Shown: positions 1-14,110 of the stretch, piece after piece
Position numbering within the stretch: position 1 is the first letter of the stretch
Layout of the letters: each line of letters begins with the position of its first letter
Assembly (NCBI GenBank): GCA_002269645.1
Contig: NIVC01000762.1
Span: 186,001 to 250,000 of the forward strand
Direction of reading: 5' to 3'
Source: Macrostomum lignano
Taxonomy: Eukaryota
Length of the DNA: 64,000 nucleotides
The notes under the pieces: model-generated
The model's database searches: none
Seen by the model: only the letters and a program-made list of their open reading frames with translations
Told to the model about the DNA's origin: nothing
Made by a program: the position numbers and the translations under genes

Positions 1-240
1 AAGCTTTTGTCCAACTGAGAAAATGAGACAGCCAACTCTGATCGTCCACTTTCATTGCACTAGGTTTTGTGATTTTTTCAAATTAACAAGAAACAGGAAC
101 TCGCCATAAGTATCTATGCGGAACTACATGTAGATCTATTGAGCTCAGTGGCTCACGGCAATACTGCTCTCGCACATCCTACCCATCCAACATGGGAGCA
201 TCAGCGCTAGAGTACTAGACTCAGGCCTGACTATCGTGGG

Positions 241-733
241 TTACTTCTCTGCCTGGTCCGGTTCGATCTTGATCACCAGCACCAGATAGTAGAGCCAGTA
301 GAAGCAGTTGTAGAGCAGGAAACAAGCTGGGAACAAAAATCGACTGTAGGCGTCAATGTCGGAGTCGGGTGCGGGCACCGGCGATGAGGCTGGTACGCCT
401 TTGGCCATGCCTCCTCCGTCCTCGATGCTGACCGCCAGAAGGTCTTCAAGCTCCTCTGGGAAGCCGGGATATCCGCCGCCTCCCATCATCTGGTGGTGAT
501 GCGCGTTGACTCCGCCAGTTGTTCCCGTTGTCTGCGGCAACTGCAGCGGCGGGCCGCGGATGACAGCCAGCCGTTGCAGTTCGGAGCGAACCACGCAGCG
601 AATCTCCTGCTGCCAGTTCTCGATTTTTGTGCGACGAGCTCGAAAGGAAGCGACAGCGAATTCGATTAGAGCTCCGATGACGAACATGATGCTTGCGATG
701 ATCCAGATGTCTATGGCTTTGATGTAGGCCACT
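241..733 (-). CDS. Terminal exon of a Cys-loop ligand-gated chloride channel subunit (TM3, intracellular loop, TM4)
   Basis: Encodes VAYIKAIDIW...LIEFAVA (TM3) and DIDAYSRFLFPACFLLYNCFYWLYY (TM4). Acceptor cacgcag|A at 735-734; phase 2 restores LPR-VAYIK. Confidence 0.92.
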
Positions 734-859
734 CTGCGTGTGGGTGGGTGGGAGACCATGTCAAGGATGCTAAATACTTCATGTAGATACATATTTCCTT
801 AAAAAACCTAATTAAGCACTAATTCCTTTCCTCTGCTAGTTGAAGCTTGAAGGGTTTTT

Positions 860-1121
860 GTAGCCTGTAGTTTTTTGAAAGTCGGGGGTTCGATTCCGGG
901 TCGCACTGGAACAATTTTGTTCTCCAGCAAGACATCTAACTCTGCATTGCTTCAGTTCACCCAGCTGTAAAATGGGTGCCAGCATTAGCTGGGATGATTG
1001 AGGGTGTGTGACGACGGCCCCCAGTCCTTGGACTGAACAGCCGTACGCAGCCTTCAGATGCGCCGCGCAATAGCTGCGGCTGAGCTGTCGGTTGCACATC
1101 TGGCCCAATTGAGGGCAGGTG
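860..1121 (+). mobile_element. tRNA-derived SINE, family 1 (intronic)
   Basis: B-box GGTTCGATTCC at about 888-898, then a CORE-like segment (caagacatctaactctgcattgcttcagttcacccagctgtaaaatggg). Homologous copies at 30.6, 32.0 and 35.6-36.3 kb. Confidence 0.8.
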
Positions 1122-2494
1122 CTATCAGTTACTATTAATATCTGCAAGTCAGTTAGGAACTAATTGCTACGAGCATCTTGATTTGTCAGAACATCAACTG
1201 ACATCCAGCATTGTAAAAGAGGGCGTGGTCTGTATTTGTGTTGTATTCTCAGAAACCCAGTGTCATTCTAACGCTTAGTTTCGCAAGCATAAGATGAAGA
1301 GGTTTGAGACGTTTGCCCAAGATGATGACTTACTTTATTTACTTGAACAAATGTACTTCTTTCCCGTTGTCCGGAATTCCTTCAGCTTGCCTCTCACTTG
1401 GCACTTCAAAGACGCCAGGGCTGACACTCAACAGAAGAAGCTCTGGCCCGGGGATTGCGGATATGGAAACTCCTTGGGCAGGGTGCAGACTTCCGGGCAA
1501 AAGATAGGGATAGACTAACGGACTAGTGCAAGGTGTCCCTGCTTCTCCTCTCCATCATAGCTAGCCCATCCCCCTGAGATTCAGATGTATACCTAAGAGA
1601 TGTCAAATAATGACTAAATTATTCATTAGCAATGTTTTATTGGAAGATTGTTAACATTTTTTTATTCAATCAAGTCTACAATCCCAGATGAATTTCGATT
1701 CCCACAGAAGCTAACGAGAGCTGTGCTGCAGTAGATGTAGATAAGAACCCTGTCTGGGGTCTGAATCTGCATAAATTTATAAATATATTTGCATCCTTGA
1801 GTCTCTACAGCCTCTCTGTCCCCGCCAGTCTCTCTTATCTCCTACAAAGCACTTTCCGTCTGAGCAGTACAGAGTCTAAAAACCTGTTTGCCGAGCACAA
1901 GCTCTTTGCATCAGCCAGACAGTCCGCATATAAACTTTACTGTCCCCAAAGCCCCTAAGCGTAAGTCCCTCATATTTGAGCGAGTTGGCAAGTAAAACAT
2001 GTTCGAAATCTCATTTAGATTTTCCCAGCTGTAAAATACAGGCTGCACCCTCCTCTAACGAATTCCTTTAATCTATGAAGACCCGCAGAATCTCCAGGAA
2101 GCCAGGCTTCTACTCGGGTTGAAAACCTGTTTGAGCTGAGCAAGGCTAGATTTTAAGACCGAGATGAGAAGTCTGCAAATTAGAGTCTTGCAAAGCTACT
2201 TTGATCAGTGAGAGGCACGTCTGAGTCTTACTTTTTTGGGGATCTTTTTCAGCTCGGGAAATTTGCTGTCTCGTCTGCTTTTTTGCCTCTCAGTCCTCCA
2301 CTGAACTGATAAGAGCTGCTTAGCGGTAAATCGTCTTTCAAACTGCACCATTCTCCATCTCTCCCCTCCTCGTCCGCTGTCTCCGCGCTCTCTTTTCTTA
2401 TTAATCCGCCTTTCTCTTATCCTGTGAAATTATTTTTCCCCAATTCTCCTCGAGTCCCAGAGTTCCCGCAGAATCCCCAAGACCAGCGGCTGAC

Positions 2495-3458
2495 CTTGGC
2501 AGACTGGCCATTACGGTGGACGCCTGAGTCAGGATGCCCAGCAGAGTGAGCAGCCCCAGGGTCACCCTGGCTGGCACTGCCTCAATGCTGACCCAGAAGT
2601 TCAACCAGCTGACTGTGACGATGAGTATAGCGGGAATGTACGTGCCCGCCAGGTAGCTACTCAGCTGTCGCTCCAGTCTGAAGATGGCCATCAGGCAGGC
2701 GTAATTGCCAGTGCTGGTGGCGCTGCCTTCCGTGCAGTCCTTCACTTCAACGTATTTCGGCGTGTTGAACTCCGAGATCTGCATTTGGTCCATTTCTACG
2801 GCGCTTTTCAACTTGTCCCGTTTCCACTTGAACAGCAGATTGCGAGTTGTGTACCCGTAGCTGCCGATGTTCATGAAGCAAGTCTGCGTGTCCATTGGAA
2901 CGTCTGCAGTTGCATCTGGCAGGAGAACTTCATGGTGATTTTCTGCGAGTACAAAATGCTTCCGTCCGGGTCCACCCTGATCAGGTAGTTGGGCTGGGTC
3001 ATCTTGTGCAGGTAGCCCTCCTTGCCGTTGCGGAAAAACAGATCGGGTAACCAAAGGTGCTCCTTCTTAGCCGGGATTGCGATGGAGTCATTGTAGAAGC
3101 TGAACTCCCTCCTGGTGTCCCACTCCAGTCGGTGGTCCCGCCAGAATTGCCGCAGGTACATGTCGACGCTGAACTCCATATTGATGACGTCAACTTTGGT
3201 AATGCTGAGGATTTTCATGTTCACTTTGACTTCGGTTGGCGGCTCCACAGGTCGCTTAGAGCTGTCATACTCTGTCAGCGGCAGGTGGTGGGCCACGGGC
3301 CTCTGGTGCTTGTTGTAGTTCTCGAATATCGTGTCCACGATGCGATCGACAATGTTCGTGTAGTTGTCAGGCCTTCTTATGGCGCTCGCTGGCTGAAGCA
3401 GTTGGACGCTGAGTGAAACGAGTTGAAAGACCACAAGGCAGAGACTGCGGACTCGCAT
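2495..3458 (-). CDS. Cys-loop chloride channel large exon, copy 1 (signal peptide, ligand-binding domain, TM1-TM2), with a 1-bp frameshift at about 2897
   Basis: Motifs WLPDLFF, Cys-loop CQMQLQTF/PMDTQTC, loop-C DC..C pair, anion-type PAR motif. Donor AG|GTCAGC at 2494. TTCCAATG occurs where the paralog has TTCCCGATG. Restoring one base gives a 965-nt exon and a 485-aa protein with exon 241-733. Confidence 0.88.
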
Positions 3459-3885
3459 GGCTGATGGAGAGGCGATAAGAGAGGCGCACCGCGTGCTCCC
3501 TTCCAGTCTCCTTAGTCCTGCTTTTATACAAGCTTCTCCCGATCTGAGCTGCTCCTCGGGAATAATAGGAAAATCGGTGAGACAGGAGCCGAAAGCTGCC
3601 CCGTTACACGATCTTTCTTTTGCTTGTCTCGAAGTTGTGTTTCGCGGAGACAAGGTTGTTTGAGATCCTCACCTGAGGAGGAATAAAGCAGCCCCCTGCC
3701 CAGCGGTAAGGGTTGGCAGCAGCGGATTAGCTAATCCTGCAGTTCTTTGTACGCCGCTCGCTCGCCAGCGAAACTCGTGTGCAGTCGAATTCCAGCTCGA
3801 AGCATCAGCCGAGAGCCGTGTCGCTAATCTTTACCTCTGGCTACTCGACCTAGAGGCAGCCACGGAGAGTCCATCAGCCCGAGCA

Positions 3886-3901
3886 GCCAATCACGGCCAA
3901 T
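3886..3901. promoter_or_regulatory. Tandem CCAAT boxes, candidate promoter of Cys-loop copy 1
   Basis: ccaatcacggccaatc lies in a GC-rich region upstream of a plausible 5' UTR intron (donor CAG|GTGAG at 3672, acceptor tctccatcag at 3461, just before the ATG). Confidence 0.3.
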
Positions 3902-5243
3902 CGTGCAATGCGAGACGGGTGGGCTGTCGGGGACTGATTTGGCAAAGTCAGTTTTTCATCAAGCCGAGTAGCGGCAGCAGCAGGGGCGGGGCATGGCGGA
4001 CTCGGAAAGAAAGGCCGAGGAAAGAGAGAAACCTAATCCAGGGGGGGGGGGAGGGGATTTCAGAGGCCCCGCCACCCGAGGCCACACCCAATGGATGGAG
4101 TCCCATTCGGCCCGCAGTCCTAGATATAGATAGAAAATAAAAAGGCCAAAAACAACTCTGGCCAGCTAATTGCATCAGCAGAAAGGCTCTTTCAGAATCG
4201 CTTTACCGCGAAGCGTATCACACTAATGCTCAATAGTATTGTTGTACGGCAACTTACTAACATATATAAATGCTATGATGTGTGCAGTTAGATGCTAATA
4301 GATTGCAAATTCCAGTTAATTTGTCACAGATTTGTCTGATTAGTCATGCGAAGAAGCTAATTTCGATACAGTTTTTGATGCTGCCATCCTGTATCAATGC
4401 ACTGATACCAGAGCAATCTGGGTGATCTTCTATTGAACGCTTTCTAGCTTTCAAATCACAAGGCGTATGTCATTATAAATAGCAATTTTTAGATCCTCTT
4501 CAATAAAACTTTAGCCAGACTTAAACAAAAGCGAATTAACTGCTAACTGGGATTCAAGCAACAATGGCTATAATTAGACCTGCTGCACGGATCAGGTGAG
4601 TGCCCCCCCCCATAAAAAAATGCGATTAGTACGAGTTTCTAAATTTAGACCGTATGGGATTAAAGACTTTAGGGATGTATCGGAAAATCTGAAATCCCGA
4701 TCCTATCGTCTTAGTTATAATGCGATTTTTTTAGCGAGCAAGCAAAAATTAACTAAAAATGCTAAATAGTCTACTGACTAAGTAGACGCTACGGCATTTT
4801 AATCTTTATTTCCTTGCAAATCAATTACAACCGCAGTCTCAGTTTTAATTCAATTAGAAATATGATATTCCCTAAAAAGATTAATAATGAGCTTTCTTAA
4901 GCAGAAATTTTGAAATACTACTCATGAAATCTAATTGACTATAAGTGCTACTATTAGGCTGAAGTCGAAATTCGACCAAGTCCAGAATGGAGAAACTGGA
5001 TCTCAGAACAGTAGAGATGGGATTAGGCAAAATTTATGGATGAAATAAAGGCTGAAGGGTGAGGCTATGTAGGTACAATGTACTCAAGTTAGTAATGATG
5101 TAGAAGGATTCTCACTTTTTATGGTCTTACGGGCGTAATCAGCTTTGAGAAGTTGCATTGGAAATCCACGATGAGCTCAGATGCCTTAACCTCAGCAATA
5201 CTTTCTTTTTGAATGCCAATAGTTCTAGAAAACTCGCTAAATG

Positions 5244-5381
<138 letters not shown>

Positions 5382-5779
5382 AAGGACATCCCAATTTGAT
5401 TTAAGCGATAGAAAACCAGTTTCCAACTCCGCCTCATCACTCTGCTTAACTGTTGAAGATTTTAAGTCGCTTGAGAAAAGGCCTCCTCATGGGGGAATTA
5501 GTTGACTATTAACAGCCAGCACAGCCGATGCCCGAGCAGCAAGCCCGAATCCCTGCTGTTTCGACGGGAGCCTCCCAGGCTTCTGGGCAGGGACATTTCC
5601 AAGGGGATTTTGCTATCGCGTAAGGGCGCGGCTATAAAATTCTAAGTGGAAGCGGCTGCATCCGGCATATTTTTGATTCGAGGGCGGCCGCGGCTTGTCA
5701 GCCTCAAGCTACCCGCGGGAAGGATTTGCCTGGGCGGCCCAGTTTTTCTGGGATAGAAATATGTAAGCCTAAAATACAT

Positions 5780-6190
<411 letters not shown>

Positions 6191-7440
6191 TATTTCCATA
6201 GACATGCGAGACAGTCAGAGAGGCTCTGCTATTTAATAACTACCCAACTAGCACACAGCACAATCACAAGTAGCTAAAGACACATTCTTCATGCCCCGTA
6301 GACTCAAGAGATTACAGCTGTTCATTTTCCCCACCCCCATCCCACTGTAGCAGCGGCCTGAGCCCGCGAGCGACTGCTGGGGAGGGCGGGGGGCGGCCAG
6401 GTGAGCCACGCGGGATCAAGGAGAAAAAATTACCGACTTCCGGGGAATGGGGAGAATTTTTTCACCGTATTAACACCTGCTGTCGCTGTGCTGATCATCT
6501 TCCTCACCTTGCTAATCAGGGTCATTGCTGCCTCACTGTAGCTGCTGACTGCTCTGCTATCCGTTGCCGTCAGTCTTCCTCTCATCATTTGCACATCCAC
6601 GAAAAAATAATTTACTCCCCAGATGCTGTCCGTCATCAGCTTAGCGTGAGCTGACGAGCTGCGGGGGAAACTCTACCCGAGATTCTACCCGTCGAAATTC
6701 GAGCAAATTCATCTTTTTTGTTTATCTGCCTGGCATAACAGCGTTGTTAACAAGAGACTATTTGAAAACCCACCTACTCAGCTACTATCTACCTACTGGT
6801 AGTTGGCTATCTACCGATATGTTAACAACCCCATTCAATTCCTACAAAGAGCAGAAGCTACGGCACTGCAGCACTGCGCAACACGAGTTCCCCCCCGATC
6901 TCCGTTATGCCAGAAGCCCGACGAAGGCCTTCCAATGGCAAAGGAAAAAGTGCCTAAAAAACTGACCAACCCCATCGGCTCGGCTGGCTGAACCTCGAGG
7001 CCGAAAACTTTTTTAGCAAACAGAGAGAGGGGGGCTCTGCCAGTCTGCCCGCACTCTCTCACTCAATTGGTTTATTTGCTGCTCAGCAGAGCTGCGGCTG
7101 AGCTGTTCTCACACCTCCCGAGATCGGGACTCACTCTTCTTAACGGGCTCCACTTCAGCGGTCAGAAGCACCTTCAGCAGTCAGAGGGTGGGGTGGGGGG
7201 CTGTGTGCAGAGGTGAACGGAAACTCAACAGCTGCGGCGAATGCCATGATCCTCCCGGAATGAGCCGCTTCCCAAAATGATTTCCGAATCCTCAAAATGG
7301 CCAAGCAGCAGGGCATGTTTTGCTTCGACTATAATTTTTTTCCCGATTTTCACCCCAGCAGCCAGGCAGACGGGAAGTCGACTGGCTTGACGATAAAGTT
7401 GGAAGTTTAGAGTTGAAGAATATAGTTTAGGAGAGTTTCA

Positions 7441-7805
7441 GATGACAGATGGTGAGAGTGACAGATAATAACAGATGGTGAGAGTGACAGATATTAAGAT
7501 GGTGAGAGTGACAGATAATAACAGATGGTGAGAGTGACAGATATTAAGATGGTGAGAGTGACAGATAATAACAGATGGTGAGAGTGACAGATAATAACAG
7601 ATGGTGAGAGTGACAGATATTAACAGATGGTGAGAGTGACAGATAATAACAGATGGTGAGAGTGACAGATATTAAGATGGTGAGAGTGACAGATAATAAC
7701 AGATGGTGAGAGTGACAGATATTAACAGATGGTGAGAGTGACAGATATTAACAGATGGTGAGAGTGACAGATATTAACAGATGGTGAGAGTGACAGATAA
7801 AAGAT
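7441..7805. repeat. Minisatellite, 24-26 bp unit (acagatggtgagagtgacagataata)
   Basis: About 14 tandem units. Confidence 0.95.
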
Positions 7806-8344
7806 TATGAGAGTCACCGATAAGAGATGATTAGAGAGACAGATTGCAGCCGTCAGAAATTCATTACCACTTAAAGCTAAAAAATCAATGTATTTACAAA
7901 TACATTGGGAAAATTTGTGGACAAAGTGTCAAACTAGAAAACAGCATCTCGTGATGAGAGCAGCACGGGAATAGATAAGAGTGTTGAGCACGACATGAAT
8001 CAATATATTTTTAGACTTTTGACTAGAGCGTCGCTTGGTTAATACAAAAGGATGAAATCCCCGTTGAAGATGTAAACGCACATCTAGCGATAACAGAGCA
8101 TGGATGATAATTAAAGCAAGTCAGAATTATATGTTTTTTGTCTTTCTAGATGTTAAAGATGTTCCTTAAAGAGATCTTAGTAAACCTTGGCGCTATGTCA
8201 TCACAATCAAGAGCTTTTGCATCTGCTTTTTCAGCACCAAGGAAATTGAATGCCTTTCAAACTCATATCTTTAACTCACTCCCTGTCCGAATACGTCCTC
8301 GCCTAACACTGCCAACCAACCCTTTCCAAGCTGCGAGCTTAACG

Positions 8345-8700
8345 CCTCACTCCCTGCCATAAAACACCCCGAACAGACAACCCCCTCACTCCCTGCCATA
8401 AACAGCCCGAACAGCGACAACCCCCTCACTCCCTGCCATAAAACACCCCGAACAGCGACAACCCCCTCACTCCCTGCCATAAAACACCCCGAACAGCAAC
8501 AACCCCCTCACTCCCTGCCATAAAACACCCCGAACAGCGACAAACCCCTCACTCCCTGCCATAAAACACCCCGAACAGCAACAACCCCCTCACTCCCTGC
8601 CATAAAACACCCCAAAAGCAACAACCACCTCAATCCCTGTCCAGAAACACACCCCAACAGCAGAAGCCACCCCACTCCTTGCCATAAAACACCCCACCTT
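8345..8700. repeat. Minisatellite, about 41 bp unit (aaaacaccccgaacagcgacaaccccctcactccctgccat)
   Basis: About 8 units, degenerating toward the adjacent splice donor. Confidence 0.92.
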
Positions 8701-8744
8701 CCGAGACTGCCCACCCTAACTCCTGAAAAGATTGACAGACTCAC

Positions 8745-9709
8745 CTGGGCAGATTGTTAATAACCGACATGCCCTGGGTGAGTATGCCCAGCAAGGTGAG
8801 CACGCCCAGAGACACCCTGGCCGGTACAGCTTCCACGCTAATCCAGAAATTGAGCCAGCTAACTGTGACGATCAGAATGGCAGGTATGTAGGTACTGGAC
8901 AGGTAACTACCCAGCTGTCGTTCCAGCTTGAAGATCACTTTCAAGCAGGCGTAACTTCCGGTACTGGTTGCGCTACCTTTGGTGCAATCCAGCGCTTGAA
9001 TCTCCTTTTCGCGTGGCGTATTAAACTCTGAGATCTGCATTTCGCCCAGCTCAACGGGCACTTTGTTGCCATCCTTCTTCCACCGGAATAGCAGCTTGGA
9101 TGTGGTGTAACCGTAGCTGCCGATGTTCATATCGCAAATTTGCGTGTCCATCGGGAACGTCTGCAACTGCATCTGGCAGGCGAATTTGACTGTGACCTTC
9201 TGCGAATAGAGAATGTTCCCGCTGGGATCCACTCTGATCAGGTAGTTCGGCTGCGTCATCTCGTGCAGATAGCCCTGCTTGCCGTTCCGGAAGAACAGAT
9301 CCGGCAACCAGAGGTTGTCCTTCTTAGCTGGAATCGCGATGGAGTCATTGTAGAAGCTGTACTCCTTGTCGTCCCATCGAAGCCGGTCGTCCTGCCAGAA
9401 CTGTCGCAGGTACATGTCCAGCGTGAACTCCATGTTGATGACGTCAACTTTGTTGATGCTGAGGATCTTCATATTGACGTCAACGGCTGTTGGATCCTCT
9501 TCGATTTTGCCGTCCTTCGACTGTCGACTCATCGGCACTGGACGATGGTGCTTATTGTAGTTGCGGAAGATCGAGTCCACTATTCTGTCCACAATGTTTG
9601 TGTAGTTGTTCAACGACGGCTGGCGTGCGGAGGCCTGCAGCGGCAGCAGCAGCAGCAGCTGGTGCAGCACCAGGAGAAGCGACAGCACCTGCAGCTGCAG
9701 CACCTCCAT
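8745..9709 (-). CDS. Cys-loop chloride channel large exon, copy 2 (signal peptide, ligand-binding domain, TM1-TM2)
   Basis: Intact frame from ATG 9709 with a Leu-rich signal peptide, WLPDLFF, CQMQLQTFPMDTQIC and the PAR motif. Ends at consensus donor AG|GTGAGT (8744), the same position and phase as copy 1; 965 nt. Confidence 0.93.
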
Positions 9710-11902
9710 GTGCCAGTTGGGCAAGTTGCCGACTTTCTCTCTAATCCGAGAGTGCTGGTTTGGTTTGGTTGAAAACTTGCCAAGCCCAGAACGTCGCGTC
9801 GCAAAGAATACAGATCAGAACGTCAATTTGAAGGCTCTTCAGTTTGCAAGCCGATTCAAGGCCGCTGGTTGGCTGTGCGAGAGAGGGGTCAGCCTTTCAT
9901 GTCTGTTAATTGGGAATAGGAATCTGCCCGGTTCTGATTGGCTAGGAGTTGATTTTGGGAGTAAGGAAATGGCTGGAGTGGCCTAAGTATGATAAAGTAA
10001 CAGATAAATTACCCAGCAGCAAAGAGTTTTGCATACGTAAATGCTGAATACTTTTCTGGAGTCCATAATGAAGTGTAATTATTAAACAGACGCTGGTCAA
10101 AGCAAAAATCAATCAACTTATTAAAATATAAGCATCTTTTAACAGAAAAATACCCGTGTAACCAAATCAACATGGTAGTCTGGCCTCTATAAAGGCCTTT
10201 TAAAAACCCTATTAAACAATCTTAATTTCCCTAGAGGAAAACTTAGTGTCGCCAATGCAAGACATGACAAATCATGGCCCACTGCAATGTCCTCATATGC
10301 CCTGATGAGTCGCGATAATCTTGCTGACAAATAACGACCGATAAATTTCAGACTAACCGTGAACTTTTTTAAACTCCTAATTTAAAAGCCAGCCAGCGCC
10401 AGCAAAGATGCATCGCTTTCAACTTTGCCATTTTAAAGAACCAAGCTAACGAAAACGCAGTTAAAGTACGGTAAAGATAAGTGAACAGAGTATCGAGTTC
10501 CCCAATTAGACTGGCGAGAGGCGCAGACCCTGTTTTACAATTTTGTTTAAATTCGAAAACAAGGAAAGAGCATTTTACCGGTATGGCTGTTGCATGGACC
10601 CAACTTTAATGGCTACTGGCCAGAAGCCTGGCTAAACAAGACTGCAACATGCTCTGCCGTTTTTATGATCTAACGAGTATATTTATGACAGGGCCCAGAC
10701 GGCCTCTTCGTGTTTACCAAAATATCAAGAGAAAATACAAAAATCTGGTATACCGGTGCCTGGGAGCACCGGTACGCAAGGCAAACATCCTGGGGTTTTC
10801 TTCTTCTTCTAGAAAGTTCTTAAACTTCAGCGGTCAAGTCTGGACAAGTCTTGACAGTTGCCAAGCGAGTCAATGGGCCAACAGTCAGGCTAGCCAGCTG
10901 CCTCCAGTGCGCGTCATCATTCATGCGGCTCTCGGTGTTGCATCCACCAACCAGACTGCAAGCTGTCTGATATTAGCGCTGCCTGAGATATCTGCCACCA
11001 TCGGAGGCAGCGAACTGACAAGTCGTGAAAGGTAACACAACGCAGCAGAACTGAAGCAACAAGCCGGCTTTGGATAGAAGAAGAAAGTCGAGGTAAGAAT
11101 GGGAAAAAATTCTAGCCGAAGAAAAAAACGCCGCCAGTCATTGCTTCTATACTTTGCAGTTGTTAGTGTGTTGCTTTTTTGGGGTGTTTTTTCTTCAACT
11201 GCGGCATGACAGATTCTGGACAGGGAGCGGGGCACAGGCAGGCTGACGGATTCGAGGTTAATAAGAGACTTTCGCAGCGGGGAAAAGAGAGGAGGCGTCC
11301 TCAGCGACGCGACAGTCGTGAATAAGCTAACGACCTGAAGGAATCGAGAAGCTGGCTAAGCTGCACTGACATTGCAGGGCTTCCCTTGCGTGGCTCAGGA
11401 CTGCGGACTGGTTTTGGCCAGTCACCAGCTGCACGCTGCCCGCGACGCAGCTCCCTTCTCTTGTTTTCTCTTCTGCAAGAGATGAAGAAAGCAGATTTCG
11501 CCAGGAAAAATTTATAGTTAGCTAGCTGTTCTGCCGAAAGCTTCAAAAGTGAATACGCCATTTTTTTCAACATTCCACTAGATCAGTTTTTTGACCTCTG
11601 GCATTAAGTTATTGTTTATAATCTACTAGTGTAATCGAATTCCGCTGTTCTATTTCTGGGATTTAAAGATCGTGTCGAGTTTGAATATTTACGAAATCCA
11701 AGCCGATGCAGCGAGTTTCGATTTTCTGTCGCGATCAAATTTCAGCGCATCGACAAGGCAGGCCTCAGAAGGAATCGAACTTTTTTCAGAGTTCAATTTA
11801 GCGTGCTGATATTCATCTGGATAATTTCTTATTTGATGGTTCTAAGTGGATTCTTGTTATAAAAACCGCGTCTCTATGTGGGCAAGAAAAGAAAGTGCTC
11901 AG

Positions 11903-11906
<4 letters not shown>

Positions 11907-11956
<50 letters not shown>
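11907..11956. repeat. (GA)n microsatellite
   Basis: Directly visible. Confidence 0.95.
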
Positions 11957-11958
<2 letters not shown>

Positions 11959-12294
11959 GCAAGAAACAGAAAGAGACTGCCAGAGAAGGGCAAACAATGG
12001 CTTAAGAAGGGGTTGCAACTCGTTGGCATCCTTGAGGTATATAGAAGGCTAGACATTGAGGTTGTGCACTCTGTTTGCCATATAGGAGTCCTTCTTGACC
12101 TCAGAATTACAAACTTTGGTCTCTTAACCCCGTATGCTTCACCCCAATTTCTCTCTTTCTTACATGCAATCTTACAGTACTTTTAAAGAATGCAATTGTA
12201 GTTTAACAATCGAATATAATCCTAGAAATGCTACTAGAAATACATTTGTTAGAAAATGTGCTTGTGCATATGGTTCCGTCATAGACAATGTCCA

Positions 12295-13265
12295 TAACCA
12301 TAGACACAATCCGCCATTGTCTGACTCCAGAACCATAGACACAATCTGCCATTGTCTGACTCCAGAACCATAGACACAATCTGCCATTGTCTGACTCCAC
12401 AACCTTAGACACAATCTGCCATTGTCTGACTCCAGAACCATAGACACAATCTGCCATTGTCTGACTCCACAACCTTAGACACAATCTGCCATTTTCTGAC
12501 TCCAGAACCATAGACACAGTCTGCCGTTGTCTGATTCTAAAGCCATAGAGACAATCGGCTGTTGTCTGACTCTAGAACCATAGACACAATCTGCCATTGT
12601 CTGACTCCACAACCATAGACACAATCTGCCATTGTCTGACTCCACAACCATAGACACAATCTGCCATTGTCTGACTCCACAACCATAGACACAATCTGCC
12701 ATTGTCTGACTCCACAACCATAGACACAATCTGCCATTGTCTGACTCCACAACCATAGACACAATCTGCCATTGTCTGACTCCACAACCATAGACACAAT
12801 CTGCCATTGTCTGACTCCACAACCATAGACACAATCTGCCATTGTCTGACTCCACAACCATAGACACAATCTGCCATTGTCTGACTCCACAACCATAGAC
12901 ACAATCTGCCATTGTCTGACTCCACAACCATAGACACAATCTGCCATTGTCTGACTCCACAACCATAGACACAATCTGCCATTGTCTGACTCCACAACCA
13001 TAGACACAATCTGCCATTGTCTGACCCCACAACCATAGACACAATCTGCCATTGTTTAACTCCACAACCATAGACACAATCTGCCATTGTCTGACTCCAC
13101 AACCATAGACACAATCTGCCATTGTCTGACTCCACAACCAATACAGACACAATCTTCCATGTCTGACTCCAGAAACAGACACAATCTGCCGTTGTCTGAC
13201 TCCAGAACCATAGACACAATCTGCCATTGTCTGACTCCAAAACCATAGACAAAATCTGCCATTGT
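12295..13265. repeat. Minisatellite, 35 bp unit (aaccatagacacaatctgccattgtctgactccac)
   Basis: About 27 head-to-tail units, homogeneous in the centre and diverged at the edges. Confidence 0.97.
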
Positions 13266-13877
13266 GGAAGTCTATGACCATGCAATTTCATAGAATTCAT
13301 GGAGATATTGTGAAATATCGTCAGTTTGATGCTGCGAGCGTAAAAACGAAAAATGACTTTCTATATTTTGGTGATTAATTTTTCAATTGAGAATGGGTCT
13401 CTAGTGAAATTCACACAATTCAGAAATTTAGGATTCAGCTATTTCGCTGTCAACCGCTTCTTTCACTTTCGTTAGTCAGGCAACCGATGAAGAAAAACCG
13501 CTACAGAGAGCCCCCTCTGTTCGTGACAGACTGCAGAACCGGGCCAATTACTATTTTGTCGAGTTTTATATTTCAAACACAACATGCAGCCAGAATCCAG
13601 TTCGGCATGTCGAATATTCATTACTACAGTTGCTATATACCAAATGATGAGTTGCTTAAATTCTGTCTACACGTGACTTCAAGGCGAAATTATATTCAGA
13701 ATGAAACATATAGGCCTACTATTGGGAAATATTTACGCTTTGAATAATAAAGACAGTTGTAAGGTTTTATAAGGGGCACATGGACAGTGAGAAAGGAATT
13801 CTGTAGAGCACATATATAGACACTAAAATCTCGTTTGCAATGCCATCGTGGGAAGCCAACTTTTAATAATTGAAAGT

Positions 13878-13898
13878 CAGCCAGCCAGCCAGCCAGCC

Positions 13899-13948
<50 letters not shown>

Positions 13949-13950
13949 TC

Positions 13951-14019
<69 letters not shown>

Positions 14020-14042
14020 AACAGACAGACAGACAGACAATC

Positions 14043-14109
<67 letters not shown>

Positions 14110-14110
14110 T
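13878..14110. repeat. (CAGC)n-(CAGA)n compound microsatellite
   Basis: Directly visible. Confidence 0.97.

Noticed and set aside
6430-6660. Candidate second TM3-TM4 exon for channel copy 2
   Set aside because: The minus-strand frame lacks AIDxW, EF and TM4 motifs; the hydrophobic stretch is on the plus strand and short.
10649-11573. Several 90-130 aa ORFs between the channel locus and the satellites
   Set aside because: No recognisable motifs or mutual support; cannot be called.
12295-13265. CRISPR-like regular 35-bp repeats and the long Cys/Trp-rich ORFs over them
   Set aside because: Head-to-tail units without unique spacers, no cas genes, eukaryotic context. The ORFs simply cycle the unit through three frames.
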